64,000 bases of DNA from Nannocystis sp. (GTDB taxonomy: Bacteria > Myxococcota_A > Polyangia > Nannocystales > Nannocystaceae), in NCBI RefSeq assembly GCF_016717175.1, contig NZ_JADKFZ010000004.1. One strand, 5' to 3'. The position numbers and the translations under genes were made by a program. Each line of letters opens with the position of its first letter. Position 1 is the stretch's first letter. The notes under the pieces are model-generated. The model was given only the letters and a program-made list of their open reading frames with translations, was not told the origin of the DNA and ran no database searches. Below are positions 44,337 to 53,766 of the stretch, in pieces.

Positions 44337-46151
44337 ATGACCCTCGCCTCGCGCCCCAGCGGCCTCGCTCTCGGCCCCGCTCTCCTGCTCGGCGTCGCTG
44401 GCGCCGTCGTCGGCGCAGCGCTGGGCGCCTGCTCGCTCGCCGTCAGCTTCGACGAGTGCCGCAACGACGGCGACTGCCTCACCAAGATGGGTGAGCAGTG
44501 GACCTGCGACCAGGGCCATTGCGTCGCGCCGAGCGGCGACGACAGCACGACCGCGACCTCCGTCACCCCGACCACCGAGTCGCCGACGACCGCGACCACC
44601 GGGGCCCCGACCACCAGCGCCGAGAGCAGCACCGGCCAGGTGAGCGCCACCACGACCGGAGACAGCACCAGCGGCAGCAGCACCGGCGAGGGCAGCAGCA
44701 GCAGCGACACCGGCGTGGTCGCCTGCACGCTCAACAGCGAGTGCGAGGCGGCGCTCGGCGACAATTTCCTGTGCGTCGAGACGCTCTGCGTCGACGCGCT
44801 CAGCGAAGAGTGTCAGGTGCTGGTGTGGCCGAGCCAGGGCTCGCACGACAAGGTCGTGCTGCTGGCCAGCATCATCCCCGCGAGCCCGCCCTTCGATTCG
44901 ATCACCGTGCCGCTGCAGAACGCGGTGCAGCTGGCGATCGAGGACTACAACCGCACCACCGACCTCCCGGGCGGCAAGCGCATCGCCTGGCTGGCCTGCG
45001 ACGACGCCGGCAGCGCCGAAAAGGCGCTCGCCGCCGCCGAGCACCTCACCGGCGCGCTCAAGGTCCCGGCGATCGTCGGCCCGGTGTTCAGCGAGCAGGT
45101 CATCGAGGTCGCTACCAAGGTCACGATCCCCGCGAGCACCTTCCTGATCACCCCCTCGGCCACCAGCAAGCAGATCACCAACCTCGCCGACAATGACCTC
45201 GTGTGGCGGCCGATCTCGAGCGACGTGTACCAGTCGAACGCGCTGGCGGACCGCGTGCTCGCGCTGGCCGCCACCCGGGTGGCCATGCTCGGCAAGGCCG
45301 ACGCCTACGGCAAGGGCATCATCAGCGACGTCACCAAGGTCTTGAACCCCAAGCTCGGGGCCAAGTTCAAGAGCTTCGAGTACCCCGATCCCGTCAGCAA
45401 GCCGCCGGACCAGATCATGGCCGACTACGCGGCGATCCTCGCCGACGCGTGGGGCGACAAGGGCTTGCACCCCGATCATGTGCTGATCGCGGGCACCAGC
45501 GAGGCGATCAACCTCGTGCTCGGCACCATGCTCGCGTGGGGCGCCGAGAACCCGCCGCCGACCCAGCCGCGCTTCATCGTCACCCACGGCGCCGTCCCCA
45601 GCATGGAGGACATCGTCAACAGCGCGCCGGACGGCATCAAGGCGCTGCTGATGCCCTACGTCGAGGGGGTCGCGCCGGACGTGCTCGACCCGCAGAACTT
45701 CGCCGCCTTCAACATCCGCTACAAGATCCGCTTCAACGACAGCGACGCGATCACGGCCTCGTCGCTCGGCTACGACGCGACCATGGTCACGATCTTCGCT
45801 ATGGCCGCGATCCCGGCGGGCGAGCCGGTCACCGGCCCCGCGATCGCCGGCAACATGGGCAAGCTGGTCGACGCGATGGGGACCAAGGTCAGCTTCGACG
45901 ACGTTGACGGCACGGACCTGCTCTTCATCAAGAAGGCCCACAACGCCCTCGTCAGCAAGAAGACCGTCGACCTCAAGGGCGTCAGCGGCGAGCTGACCTT
46001 CGACCTTGCGACCGGCGAGGTGCGGACCAACGTGATCGGCTGGGGTCTGACCCCGAAGATGGGCATGCCCACGGTCCCGGTGCTCACGCCCATGCGGGTC
46101 TACGTGCTCGATCCGCCTCCTGCGGTCACCGGCACCTGGATGGACCTTTAG
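44337..46151 (+). CDS. lipoprotein, type-1 periplasmic binding protein (branched-chain-amino-acid/ANF-receptor-like) with Cys- and Ser/Thr-rich N-terminal linker
   Basis: lipobox LGAC; Cys motifs; PBP1-like fold segments (VVLLASIIPAS...AIVGPVFSE). Confidence 0.7.
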   Translation: MTLASRPSGLALGPALLLGVAGAVVGAALGACSLAVSFDECRNDGDCLTKMGEQWTCDQGHCVAPSGDDSTTATSVTPTTESPTTATTGAPTTSAESSTGQVSATTTGDSTSGSSTGEGSSSSDTGVVACTLNSECEAALGDNFLCVETLCVDALSEECQVLVWPSQGSHDKVVLLASIIPASPPFDSITVPLQNAVQLAIEDYNRTTDLPGGKRIAWLACDDAGSAEKALAAAEHLTGALKVPAIVGPVFSEQVIEVATKVTIPASTFLITPSATSKQITNLADNDLVWRPISSDVYQSNALADRVLALAATRVAMLGKADAYGKGIISDVTKVLNPKLGAKFKSFEYPDPVSKPPDQIMADYAAILADAWGDKGLHPDHVLIAGTSEAINLVLGTMLAWGAENPPPTQPRFIVTHGAVPSMEDIVNSAPDGIKALLMPYVEGVAPDVLDPQNFAAFNIRYKIRFNDSDAITASSLGYDATMVTIFAMAAIPAGEPVTGPAIAGNMGKLVDAMGTKVSFDDVDGTDLLFIKKAHNALVSKKTVDLKGVSGELTFDLATGEVRTNVIGWGLTPKMGMPTVPVLTPMRVYVLDPPPAVTGTWMDL

Positions 46152-46233
46152 CGTCCCGGCGGCCAGGGGAGGCCAGGGGCGGCCAGGGGAGTCCTGGGGA
46201 CGGGGAGGGAGCGGGGTTGCGCGACCTCGTGCC

Positions 46234-48210
46234 TTGACCGAAGACAAGCGCCCGTGGCCTGCGCTAAGCTCGCGGCCCGTGGAGTCCCGAAGCCCGAAGG
46301 TGCGCCGCAGCGGCCCCGCGCGCGTCGATCCCCAGCCGGGGCAGACGATCGGCGGCCGCTACACGATCGTCCGCCTGATCGCGCGCGGTGGGGTCGGTCT
46401 CGTCTACCTCGCGCGCCAGTCGGTCAGCAACGTGGCCGTCGTGGTCAAGGTGCTGGCGGCCAACCTCGTCGGCGACAGCGAGGCCAGCGCTCGCTTCGAT
46501 CGCGAGGCGCAGCGCCTGCGCGGCGTGCAACACCCGAACATCGTCGAGATGGTCGACTACGGCCACGCCAACGGCTCGGCCTACCTCGTGATGGAGTACC
46601 TGCAGGGCGAGCTGCTCAGCGCCTACGCGGCGCGGAAGGGCCCGCTGCTGCTCGCCGACTTCGTGCCGATCGCGGCGCAGATCCTCAAGGCCGTCGGCTA
46701 CGCGCACAGCCTCGGGCTCATGCATCGCGACCTCAAGCCGACGAACATCATGCTGTGCGTCCGCCAGGGCCGCGGCAACTTCGTCAAGATCCTCGACTTT
46801 GGCATGGCCAAGCTGATCGAGGGCGAGCGCGACATCACCTCGGAGCAGATCGTCGGCACCGCCAACTATCTCTCGCCGGAGCAGATCCGGGGCGAGCCGC
46901 TCGACGCCCGCGTCGACGTGTACGCGATCGGCATCACCTTCTACGCGCTGCTCGCCGGGCGCCTGCCCTTCGCCGCCGATAACAACGCGGCGCTGCTGTA
47001 CAAGCACGTGCACGAGCCCCCGCCGCGGCTTGGCGACGTGCTGCCCGCCGGTCACGACGTGCCGGCCGGGCTCATCGCGCTGATCCATCGCTGCCTCGCC
47101 AAGTCCGTGGCCGACCGCCCCGCCGACGCCAACGCGTTGGTCAAGCAGCTGGTCGACTGCGTGCCCGGCGAGCTGTTCCACCTGCCCGTCGCGGAGGGCG
47201 GCGCGGCGTCGCCGTCGTCGTCCTACGCGGTGCTGCCCGAGGGCGTCGATGCGGGGCCCGAGGACCTGAGCGGGCGGCTGACCCGGCCGGTGCAGTCGCT
47301 GCGTGACGCCGCGACCACCGAGCCGCGGAAGGTCGCCGAGGCCCGGAGGGCGGCCGCCCCGGCAGCGTTGGTCGCGGGGACCGGCGCGGGGACTGGCGCG
47401 GGGACCGGCGCGGCCGGGACCGCGAGTCGCGGCCGGTCACGCGTGCGGGTCCAGGTGCGGCCCGCTGCGCCCGTACCGGTCGCCTCGCCGTTGCTGACGA
47501 GCCCGCCCGACGAGGGCGGCAAGCTGTGGATCGGCCTCGCCGTGGTGGTCCTGCTCGGCTTGCTCGGGCTCGCCGGATATCTCCTCAACCGCGGGGCGGC
47601 CCAGCCCGCCGCACGCCCGACCCCGCAGATCGACGAGCGTCGGCTCGTCGCGGGCCTCGAGCAGGTCGAGCTCGACATCAACACTGGCAAGCTCGAGCGC
47701 GCTCGCTCGGGGCTCGGCGAGCTCGACCCGAGGATCGCCGCTGGCTCGAGCCTGCGCCCCCGCGCCGACACGGCCCGCAGGCGCCTCGATGTGGCGGAGG
47801 CGATGCTGGACGCCGAACGTCTCGAGGACGCGGACGACCGGGCGGCGGCCCAGAGCCGCTACCGCGACGTGCTGACCCTCGATCCGGGGCACGCCGAGGC
47901 TCAGGCGGCGCTCGCTCGTCTCAGCAGCGCCACACCGACGGGTGTCCCGATCTCGGTGCCGAAGACCCGCCCGCCGCGTCCCGCGAGTCCTGCCGGCGAG
48001 GCGCAGCCGGGCGAGACGAAGCCTGCCGGCGAGACGATGCCTGCCGGCGAGACGAAGCCCCCGGTCATGGCGAAGGCCACCGATCGCGGGGTCGAGGGCC
48101 CGGTCGAGGTCACACAGGAGGGGCAGGGCGAGGGCCAGAGCGGGCTCATCCCCGGCGTCAAGAAGCCGGACGGACCGGTCTTCTTGCCCACCGAAGCGCC
48201 CGGCAAGTGA
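46234..48210 (+). CDS. Ser/Thr protein kinase (paralog of 41491-43428) with TM helix and TPR-like C-terminus
   Basis: near-identical kinase motifs; start codon uncertain (TTG 46234 or downstream GTG). Confidence 0.85.
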   Translation: MTEDKRPWPALSSRPVESRSPKVRRSGPARVDPQPGQTIGGRYTIVRLIARGGVGLVYLARQSVSNVAVVVKVLAANLVGDSEASARFDREAQRLRGVQHPNIVEMVDYGHANGSAYLVMEYLQGELLSAYAARKGPLLLADFVPIAAQILKAVGYAHSLGLMHRDLKPTNIMLCVRQGRGNFVKILDFGMAKLIEGERDITSEQIVGTANYLSPEQIRGEPLDARVDVYAIGITFYALLAGRLPFAADNNAALLYKHVHEPPPRLGDVLPAGHDVPAGLIALIHRCLAKSVADRPADANALVKQLVDCVPGELFHLPVAEGGAASPSSSYAVLPEGVDAGPEDLSGRLTRPVQSLRDAATTEPRKVAEARRAAAPAALVAGTGAGTGAGTGAAGTASRGRSRVRVQVRPAAPVPVASPLLTSPPDEGGKLWIGLAVVVLLGLLGLAGYLLNRGAAQPAARPTPQIDERRLVAGLEQVELDINTGKLERARSGLGELDPRIAAGSSLRPRADTARRRLDVAEAMLDAERLEDADDRAAAQSRYRDVLTLDPGHAEAQAALARLSSATPTGVPISVPKTRPPRPASPAGEAQPGETKPAGETMPAGETKPPVMAKATDRGVEGPVEVTQEGQGEGQSGLIPGVKKPDGPVFLPTEAPGK

Positions 48211-48220
48211 TCCGAGGCGG

Positions 48221-49453
48221 TCAGGGCGTGCAGGCCACGGACGCGACCGTGAGGTCGTCGACGCTCCAGCCGGCGAAGTCCGGCGCGCCCGCGACGCGCT
48301 CGACGCACACGCGCACGCGGAAGTTCTTGGCCTGATTGCCGCTCGCGTCGAACTTCACGAAGGTCCAGTCGGCGTCGTCGCTCAGCTGGTCGTAGCCGGT
48401 CTCGAGGTTCTTCCAGCTCGCGCCGTTCCACACGTCGATCGTGTGGATCACCTTGGGCAGGGCGGGCGCGTGGAGGTGACGCCAGAAGCTGACCCACAGC
48501 GAGCCCTTGACCTTGCTGGTGTCGATCGGCGGCGAGCTGATGCATGCGACGTCGTGGCCGTCGTCGGCGTCGAGGCCACCGACCGCGGTGCCGGCGAGCA
48601 TGCCGTCGGCGCCCGGCGAGTGATCGTCGGCCGGGTCAGCGCCGCCGACCCCAGCCGGCGAGGCCTGGGCCTTGGCGAAGTCCCACAGCTTGTCCTGCTC
48701 CCAGCCGGGGGCCGGCGCCGTGAAGTCCTCGAAGAACAGCGCGCCCGCCTCGCTGGTCGTGCAGCTGCCGGCCTTGCAGGTCGACACCACGGTGCAGCTG
48801 TCGCCGTCGTCGCAGTCGCTGCCGTCCTTCAGGTCGGCGGCCAGGCAGGCGCCGCTGTTCGGGTCGCACTGGCCGAGCGTGCACGCCGAGTCGAAGCCGG
48901 AGCAGTCGACCTGCTCGAGCGGGGCGCAGGCGCCGGCCTGGCAGCTCGAGCTCAGGCTGCACAGCGAGCCGTCGTCGCAGGCCTTGCCTTCGTTCGCCGG
49001 CGCCGCGACGCACTCGAAGCTCTGCAGGTCGCAGCTGCCGGCCGTACAGAGCCCGTCGAGTGACTCGCAGGCGCTGTCGTCGAGGCAGGCCGGGACCACA
49101 CACAGGCCCTGCGCGCAGGCCATGCTGGCGCAGTCCTTGCTGTCTTTGCAGCCATGTCCCACGGGACAGGCGTCGCAGGGGCCGCCGCAGTCGACGTCGC
49201 TCTCGCCCTGGTTCTGCTCGCCGTCGTCGCAGCTCGGCGGTGGCCCGCCGGAGCTGCTCGAGCTGACGGAGCCGACCGTGCTGGTCATGATCGGGCCGTC
49301 GTCGCTGCTCGTGCTCTCGGCGGGCTCGCCGGTGCTGGCCGCCCCGCCGTCGCCGCTGCTGCCATCGACGATCGGCGGCGGTGACAGGCACCCCGTCGTC
49401 GCCACCATGAAGATCGCTTGCGCGGCCCACCGCCGCACCCCACCCACCACCAT
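48221..49453 (-). CDS. lipoprotein with Myxococcus-type cysteine-rich repeats
   Basis: lipobox TTGC; at least 6 repeats of DGS-C-DDG-xC-x4-C-x-G-xC; start uncertain. Confidence 0.7.
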   Translation of the reverse strand: MVVGGVRRWAAQAIFMVATTGCLSPPPIVDGSSGDGGAASTGEPAESTSSDDGPIMTSTVGSVSSSSSGGPPPSCDDGEQNQGESDVDCGGPCDACPVGHGCKDSKDCASMACAQGLCVVPACLDDSACESLDGLCTAGSCDLQSFECVAAPANEGKACDDGSLCSLSSSCQAGACAPLEQVDCSGFDSACTLGQCDPNSGACLAADLKDGSDCDDGDSCTVVSTCKAGSCTTSEAGALFFEDFTAPAPGWEQDKLWDFAKAQASPAGVGGADPADDHSPGADGMLAGTAVGGLDADDGHDVACISSPPIDTSKVKGSLWVSFWRHLHAPALPKVIHTIDVWNGASWKNLETGYDQLSDDADWTFVKFDASGNQAKNFRVRVCVERVAGAPDFAGWSVDDLTVASVACTP

Positions 49454-49517
49454 GGGCTCCACGCTAACGGCCGCTCGCGCCGCGGACAAGCGCCGCGTAT
49501 GGCGCGTCGCACGGGCA

Positions 49518-49535
49518 CCTGTCCGCGAGGACAGG
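49518..49535. repeat. palindromic element copy CCTGTCCGCGAGGACAGG
   Basis: intergenic between Cys-rich lipoprotein start and HK stop. Confidence 0.5.
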
Positions 49536-49615
49536 GTATCGCGCCCGGCCGCGCGGCCGTGGGCGCCTTCGTCCGGAGCTGTCCTTTCGGTCAGGCAGCG
49601 CGGGAGCCCGCGTGA

Positions 49616-51466
49616 TCACGCGGTCGGCGGATCGGGGAGCCAGCAGGTCACGATCGTGCCGCCGCCCTCGCGCGCCTCGATGCGCAGGCTGCCGCCGTGG
49701 GCCTCGACGATCTCGCGGCACAGCGCGAGGCCGAGGCCCGAGCCGGTGCGCTTGGTCGAGTAGAAGGGCAGCAGCACCTTCGACATCAGCGCGGGCGGGA
49801 TGCCCGGTCCGCGGTCGAGCACCTGCACGTCGTAGCCGCCCTCCGCCCGGGCCAGGCGCACGGCCACGCCGCTGTCGGTGCCGCCGGCCTCGACCGCGTT
49901 CTTGAGCAGGTTGATCAGCGCCTGCTCGATCTGCGAGCGGTCGATGTGGGCCATCGCGTTGAGGTCGGTCGGGCTGGCGATCAGCTCGAAGCGCACGAAG
50001 TCGATGAGGCGGTCGAACAGGCTGCGCCACTTGAGCGCCTCGATCCGCGGCTGGGGCAGGCGGGCGAATTGGGTGTAGCCGCGGAGAAACTCGCCGAGGT
50101 GCTTGGCCCGCTCCTCGATGGTGTCGATGATGCGGTCGAGCCGGGCGTCGCGCGCCTCGGCGGCGTTGATCAGGCGGGCCGAGTGCAGCAGCGAGGTGAT
50201 CGGCGCGAGGGTGTTGCCGATCTCGTGGGCGATGAGGCGGAGCACCTTCTTCCACACCTCGACCTCCTGGCGGGCGAGCTCGTGGGTCAGCTGCTTGACG
50301 GTGTAGGCGGTGTGCGGGCGGCCGCCCATCTGCACACCGCGCTGCACGAGGTGGTAGGCCTCGAACTCGCTGCCCGGCCGCTCGACGGTGAAGAGGGCGT
50401 CGCGTCCGCGGGCGATCGCCTCGCGCAGCTCGCTCGGCTGGTCGGCCAGGACCTCGGCGAAGACCGCCCCGATCAAGCGCACATCCGGGGCCTTGAGCCA
50501 GGTCTGCGCGGCGAGGTTGACGTACACGATCTGGCCGAGCTCGTCGCACAGCACGTAGGCGCTGGTGGTGACGGCGAGCAGCGTCTCCAGCAGCACCTCG
50601 CGCTCCTCGATCTCGAGCTGCGCCCGGCGCAGCGCGGTGATGTCGTTGATGAAGCCCTCGATAGCGATCAGCCCGCCCGCGGGGTCGTACACGCCCTGGC
50701 CCTGCTCCCACAGCCAGCGGTCCTCGCCCCGGGCGGTGCGCACGCGGTAGGTGGTGCGGTAGGGTCGGCGCTCGGCGACGCCCTGTTGGACCGCGTCCCA
50801 CACCGCCTCGCGATCGTCGGGGTGAATGATCGACGCGTAGCTGATCGGGCCCGAGACGAAGGACTCGGCGCTGTACCCGGTGATCTCCAGGCAGCCGGCG
50901 CTCATGAACTCCAGCGGCCACTCGCGGTCGTTGAGGCAGCGGAACACGATGCCCGGCAGGTTGCTGATCAGGGTGGCGAGGGTGCGGTGGCTCTCGCGGG
51001 CTTCGGCCTCGGCGGCGTGTCGGCGCCCGAGCAGGGCCAGCGTGCGCTCGACCGCCTCGAGCCGCGCGGACAGGCCGGCCGGGCTGAACGGGCGCAGCAG
51101 GAAGTCCATCGCGCCACCGGCCAGCAGCGCGGCCGCGCGGCCCTCGTCGGCCGTCACCGCGAGGATGAGCGTGTCCGGGTCGGTGAACACGGCCCGCAGC
51201 GCGCGCTCATCGACGAGGCAGCGATCGTCGACGACGGCGAGGCGCAGGCCGCAGCACGGCGTCGACGGCAGCGTCGCGGCGAACTCGAGGCGATAGCCGC
51301 GGGCCTGCAGCAACTTGGCGAAGGCGGCCCGCAGCGCATCGTCGGCGGTCAGGACCAGGGTGCGGGGCGCGAGGCCCGGGTCGCTAGCGACGGACACGCG
51401 GGGCAGGGGTAACCAAAATTCGGCCGGCCACGGGGCGGGCCGGAGGCTCCGCCCGCCCCGCGCCAC
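49616..51466 (-). CDS. sensor histidine kinase with N-terminal receiver-like domain and PAS domains
   Basis: REC-like N-terminus with conserved Lys replaced (LLRPF); PAS region; HisKA H-box IAHEIGNTLAPI; HATPase_c; no TM. Confidence 0.85.
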   Translation of the reverse strand: MARGGRSLRPAPWPAEFWLPLPRVSVASDPGLAPRTLVLTADDALRAAFAKLLQARGYRLEFAATLPSTPCCGLRLAVVDDRCLVDERALRAVFTDPDTLILAVTADEGRAAALLAGGAMDFLLRPFSPAGLSARLEAVERTLALLGRRHAAEAEARESHRTLATLISNLPGIVFRCLNDREWPLEFMSAGCLEITGYSAESFVSGPISYASIIHPDDREAVWDAVQQGVAERRPYRTTYRVRTARGEDRWLWEQGQGVYDPAGGLIAIEGFINDITALRRAQLEIEEREVLLETLLAVTTSAYVLCDELGQIVYVNLAAQTWLKAPDVRLIGAVFAEVLADQPSELREAIARGRDALFTVERPGSEFEAYHLVQRGVQMGGRPHTAYTVKQLTHELARQEVEVWKKVLRLIAHEIGNTLAPITSLLHSARLINAAEARDARLDRIIDTIEERAKHLGEFLRGYTQFARLPQPRIEALKWRSLFDRLIDFVRFELIASPTDLNAMAHIDRSQIEQALINLLKNAVEAGGTDSGVAVRLARAEGGYDVQVLDRGPGIPPALMSKVLLPFYSTKRTGSGLGLALCREIVEAHGGSLRIEAREGGGTIVTCWLPDPPTA

Positions 51467-51481
51467 GTAGTGTGGTGGGCG

Positions 51482-52087
51482 TCAGCGCGCAGTGGCCGCG
51501 AGCAGCACGGCCTCGGCGTGGCCAGGCACCCGTACCGGCCGCCACAGCGCCTCGATGCGGCCATCGGCGCCGATCAGGAAGGTGCTGCGAACGATCCCCT
51601 CGAGCTTGCGGCCGTACATCAGCTTCTCGCCGTAGGCCCCGTAGCTGCGGGCCACCGCGTGGTCGAGGTCCGAGAGCAGCGGGAAGCCGAGGCCCTGCTT
51701 GTCGCGGAAGCGGGCGTGGGACTTGAGGTCGTCGCCGCTGACCCCGAGCACCGTCACGCCAGCCTTCGTGAAGGCCGCCTGGCGGTCGCGAAAGTCGCAG
51801 GCTTCCACGGTGCAGCCGGGGGTGCTGTCGCGCGGATAGAAGTAGAGCACCACTCGCTTGCCGCGCAGGGCGGCCAGCGAGTGCTCGCGGCCGTCGTCGC
51901 CGGGGAGGCTGAAGGCGGGCGCCAGATCGCCGAGGTGCGGGCTGGCCTTTGGTTCCTGTCCCGAAGGACTGGCTGGGTTCGCCGTGGGCGGGGCGGGCTG
52001 GGTCGCCGCCGACTTGGCGGCGGTCGTGGTGGACTTGGCGGGGCTGCGACCTGGCATGCGGGTGACCTCCGTGGTCTGCTCCTTCAT
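51482..52087 (-). CDS. bcp: thioredoxin-dependent peroxiredoxin Bcp with ~45-aa Ala/Pro/Thr-rich N-terminal extension
   Basis: GDLAPAFSL...VVLYFYPRDSTPGCTVEAC...GVS.D...FPLLSD core; extension contains in-frame palindromic element (51955-51972); 16 nt upstream of the HK gene. Confidence 0.85.
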   Translation of the reverse strand: MKEQTTEVTRMPGRSPAKSTTTAAKSAATQPAPPTANPASPSGQEPKASPHLGDLAPAFSLPGDDGREHSLAALRGKRVVLYFYPRDSTPGCTVEACDFRDRQAAFTKAGVTVLGVSGDDLKSHARFRDKQGLGFPLLSDLDHAVARSYGAYGEKLMYGRKLEGIVRSTFLIGADGRIEALWRPVRVPGHAEAVLLAATAR

Positions 52088-52222
52088 ACCTGCGGCCGCG
52101 CGGCGCGGGCAATCCCGGTGCGGCGTGGCGCTGCGGAGCGACGGTCCTCGGCGGCGAGTGCGGGGCAGATCTTCGGCCCCGAGGCGCGTTCAGGCCGGGG
52201 GGTGTCGGGCCCGCGTCGCCGG

Positions 52223-52280
52223 CATGGCCTGTCATGGCCTGTCATGGCCTGTCATGGCCTGTTATGGCCCCGCATGGTCC
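52223..52280. repeat. tandem repeat, 10-bp unit CATGGCCTGT x4.5 plus degenerate copies
   Basis: divergent intergenic region between bcp and the 52402 lipoprotein gene. Confidence 0.9.
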
Positions 52281-52401
52281 AGCCACGGGCCCGCCTGCGC
52301 CCCACCCACCGGTCACCGACCGCGAGCCGCGGCGGCATTGCTTTACACGCGCGGCGTGGCCCGGCTAAAGTCGGGCTCCTCTGGACGACAGGACACACGA
52401 C

Positions 52402-53193
52402 ATGATCGGTGGTTTGCGCTCTGCTCTCGGCGTTCTGGCGCTCGCGCTGCTCCTTCCCGGGCTCTCGGCCTGTGGCGGCGGAGATTCGAAGTCTCTCGCC
52501 GAGAAGATGGCGGGGGACCCCGAGGCCGAGGCCCTGGCGAAGGCCGGCTACAAGCCGAACCCCAAGCCGCGCCCGGAGGGCCTGCCGCCGCCGACCGACG
52601 CGGAGTTCAAGGCCTGGGACCGCAAGGACCCGGAGGGCGAGAAGCACCTCTACAAGTTCGACAAGGCCAACCTCACCAAGATGCTCAACTACTGGAAGGA
52701 GCTCGACTGCTTCCGCGAGAAGATGAAGAGCGAGGGCGACAAGGTGCTCGGGGCGGAGCCCGGCACTCCGCTCGAGGAGCAGTGGATCGTCTTCAAGCAG
52801 ATCTTCATCCCGATGGTGAACACCTGGCAGCAGCGGCTCCTGGCCACCGAGCCGCGCATCCTCGAGAAGTCCAAGCTCATCGGGCACTTCCTCGAGGCGC
52901 ACGAGCTGGTGATGAACGGCTGGCCCGACGCCTACAACAACAACGACAAGGTCGCGATCGCCACCGCGGACGCGCACTGGACCATCGTCGAGAACAAGAT
53001 CATCAAGTACCTGAAGAACATCAGCCAGGAGGAGCTGCCGAAGGACGACTTGACCGACCCCAAGGTCAAGGAGAAGCACGACAAGTTCTGCGCTGCGGCC
53101 CTGAACCCGCCGAAGAACACGGGCAAGGCCAAGATCAAGTACGTCGGCAAGGGCAGCGGCGGGGCCAAGAAGCTCAATATGGGCGACGACTGA
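52402..53193 (+). CDS. Lys-rich hypothetical lipoprotein
   Basis: signal peptide plus lipobox LSAC; unusually Lys/Asn-rich composition. Confidence 0.6.
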   Translation: MIGGLRSALGVLALALLLPGLSACGGGDSKSLAEKMAGDPEAEALAKAGYKPNPKPRPEGLPPPTDAEFKAWDRKDPEGEKHLYKFDKANLTKMLNYWKELDCFREKMKSEGDKVLGAEPGTPLEEQWIVFKQIFIPMVNTWQQRLLATEPRILEKSKLIGHFLEAHELVMNGWPDAYNNNDKVAIATADAHWTIVENKIIKYLKNISQEELPKDDLTDPKVKEKHDKFCAAALNPPKNTGKAKIKYVGKGSGGAKKLNMGDD

Positions 53194-53197
53194 TCCG

Positions 53198-53737
53198 ATG
53201 GCTCCGGCCAGCGAATCCGTCAGCTCCGCGTCTGCTGCGGGGAAGGGCCCAGTACAGGGCCCAGCGAAGGGGAGTGACCCGGCGCAGGCCGAGGCGCTGG
53301 CGACCGAGCTCTCGCACGACCTCATGTCGCCCTACTGCCCGGGACGGACGATCGCCACCTGCCCCTCGCCGCAGGCGCGCAAGCTCGAGAGCCACATCCT
53401 CGAGCAGGCCCAGCAAGGCAAGTCGCGCGTGGAGATCGAGGCGGCCCTGGCGGAGCGCTTCCCCGACATCCGCGGCTACATCGGCCGCCCGGAGATCATC
53501 TACGGCACTGCGCTTCTGGCCCTGATAGCGATCGTCGGCCTGGTCCTGGTCGGTCGCCGCTGGGTCCGTCAGACCCGCGCGCGGGCGGCCGTCGGGTCCG
53601 TGGGGGCCGTCGTCGGGGCCAGCGGGGCCCTGAGCACCGACCTGCCGGCCCCCGGTGGCCCTGGCGCGGCTGGCAAGCCCTCACGCAGCGAGGTCGACGC
53701 GCTGGACGACGCGCTCGATCGCATCGACGAGTTCTAA
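53198..53737 (+). CDS. CcmH/NrfF-family-like membrane protein (CxxC replaced by C-x7-C)
   Basis: LATELSHDLMSPYCPGRTIATCP...QQGKSRVEIEAALAERF then TM helix resembles CcmH N-domain; 4 nt after upstream stop. Confidence 0.35.
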   Translation: MAPASESVSSASAAGKGPVQGPAKGSDPAQAEALATELSHDLMSPYCPGRTIATCPSPQARKLESHILEQAQQGKSRVEIEAALAERFPDIRGYIGRPEIIYGTALLALIAIVGLVLVGRRWVRQTRARAAVGSVGAVVGASGALSTDLPAPGGPGAAGKPSRSEVDALDDALDRIDEF

Positions 53738-53766
53738 AGCTCGCGGGGCCAGGCGCTGTATTCGGC

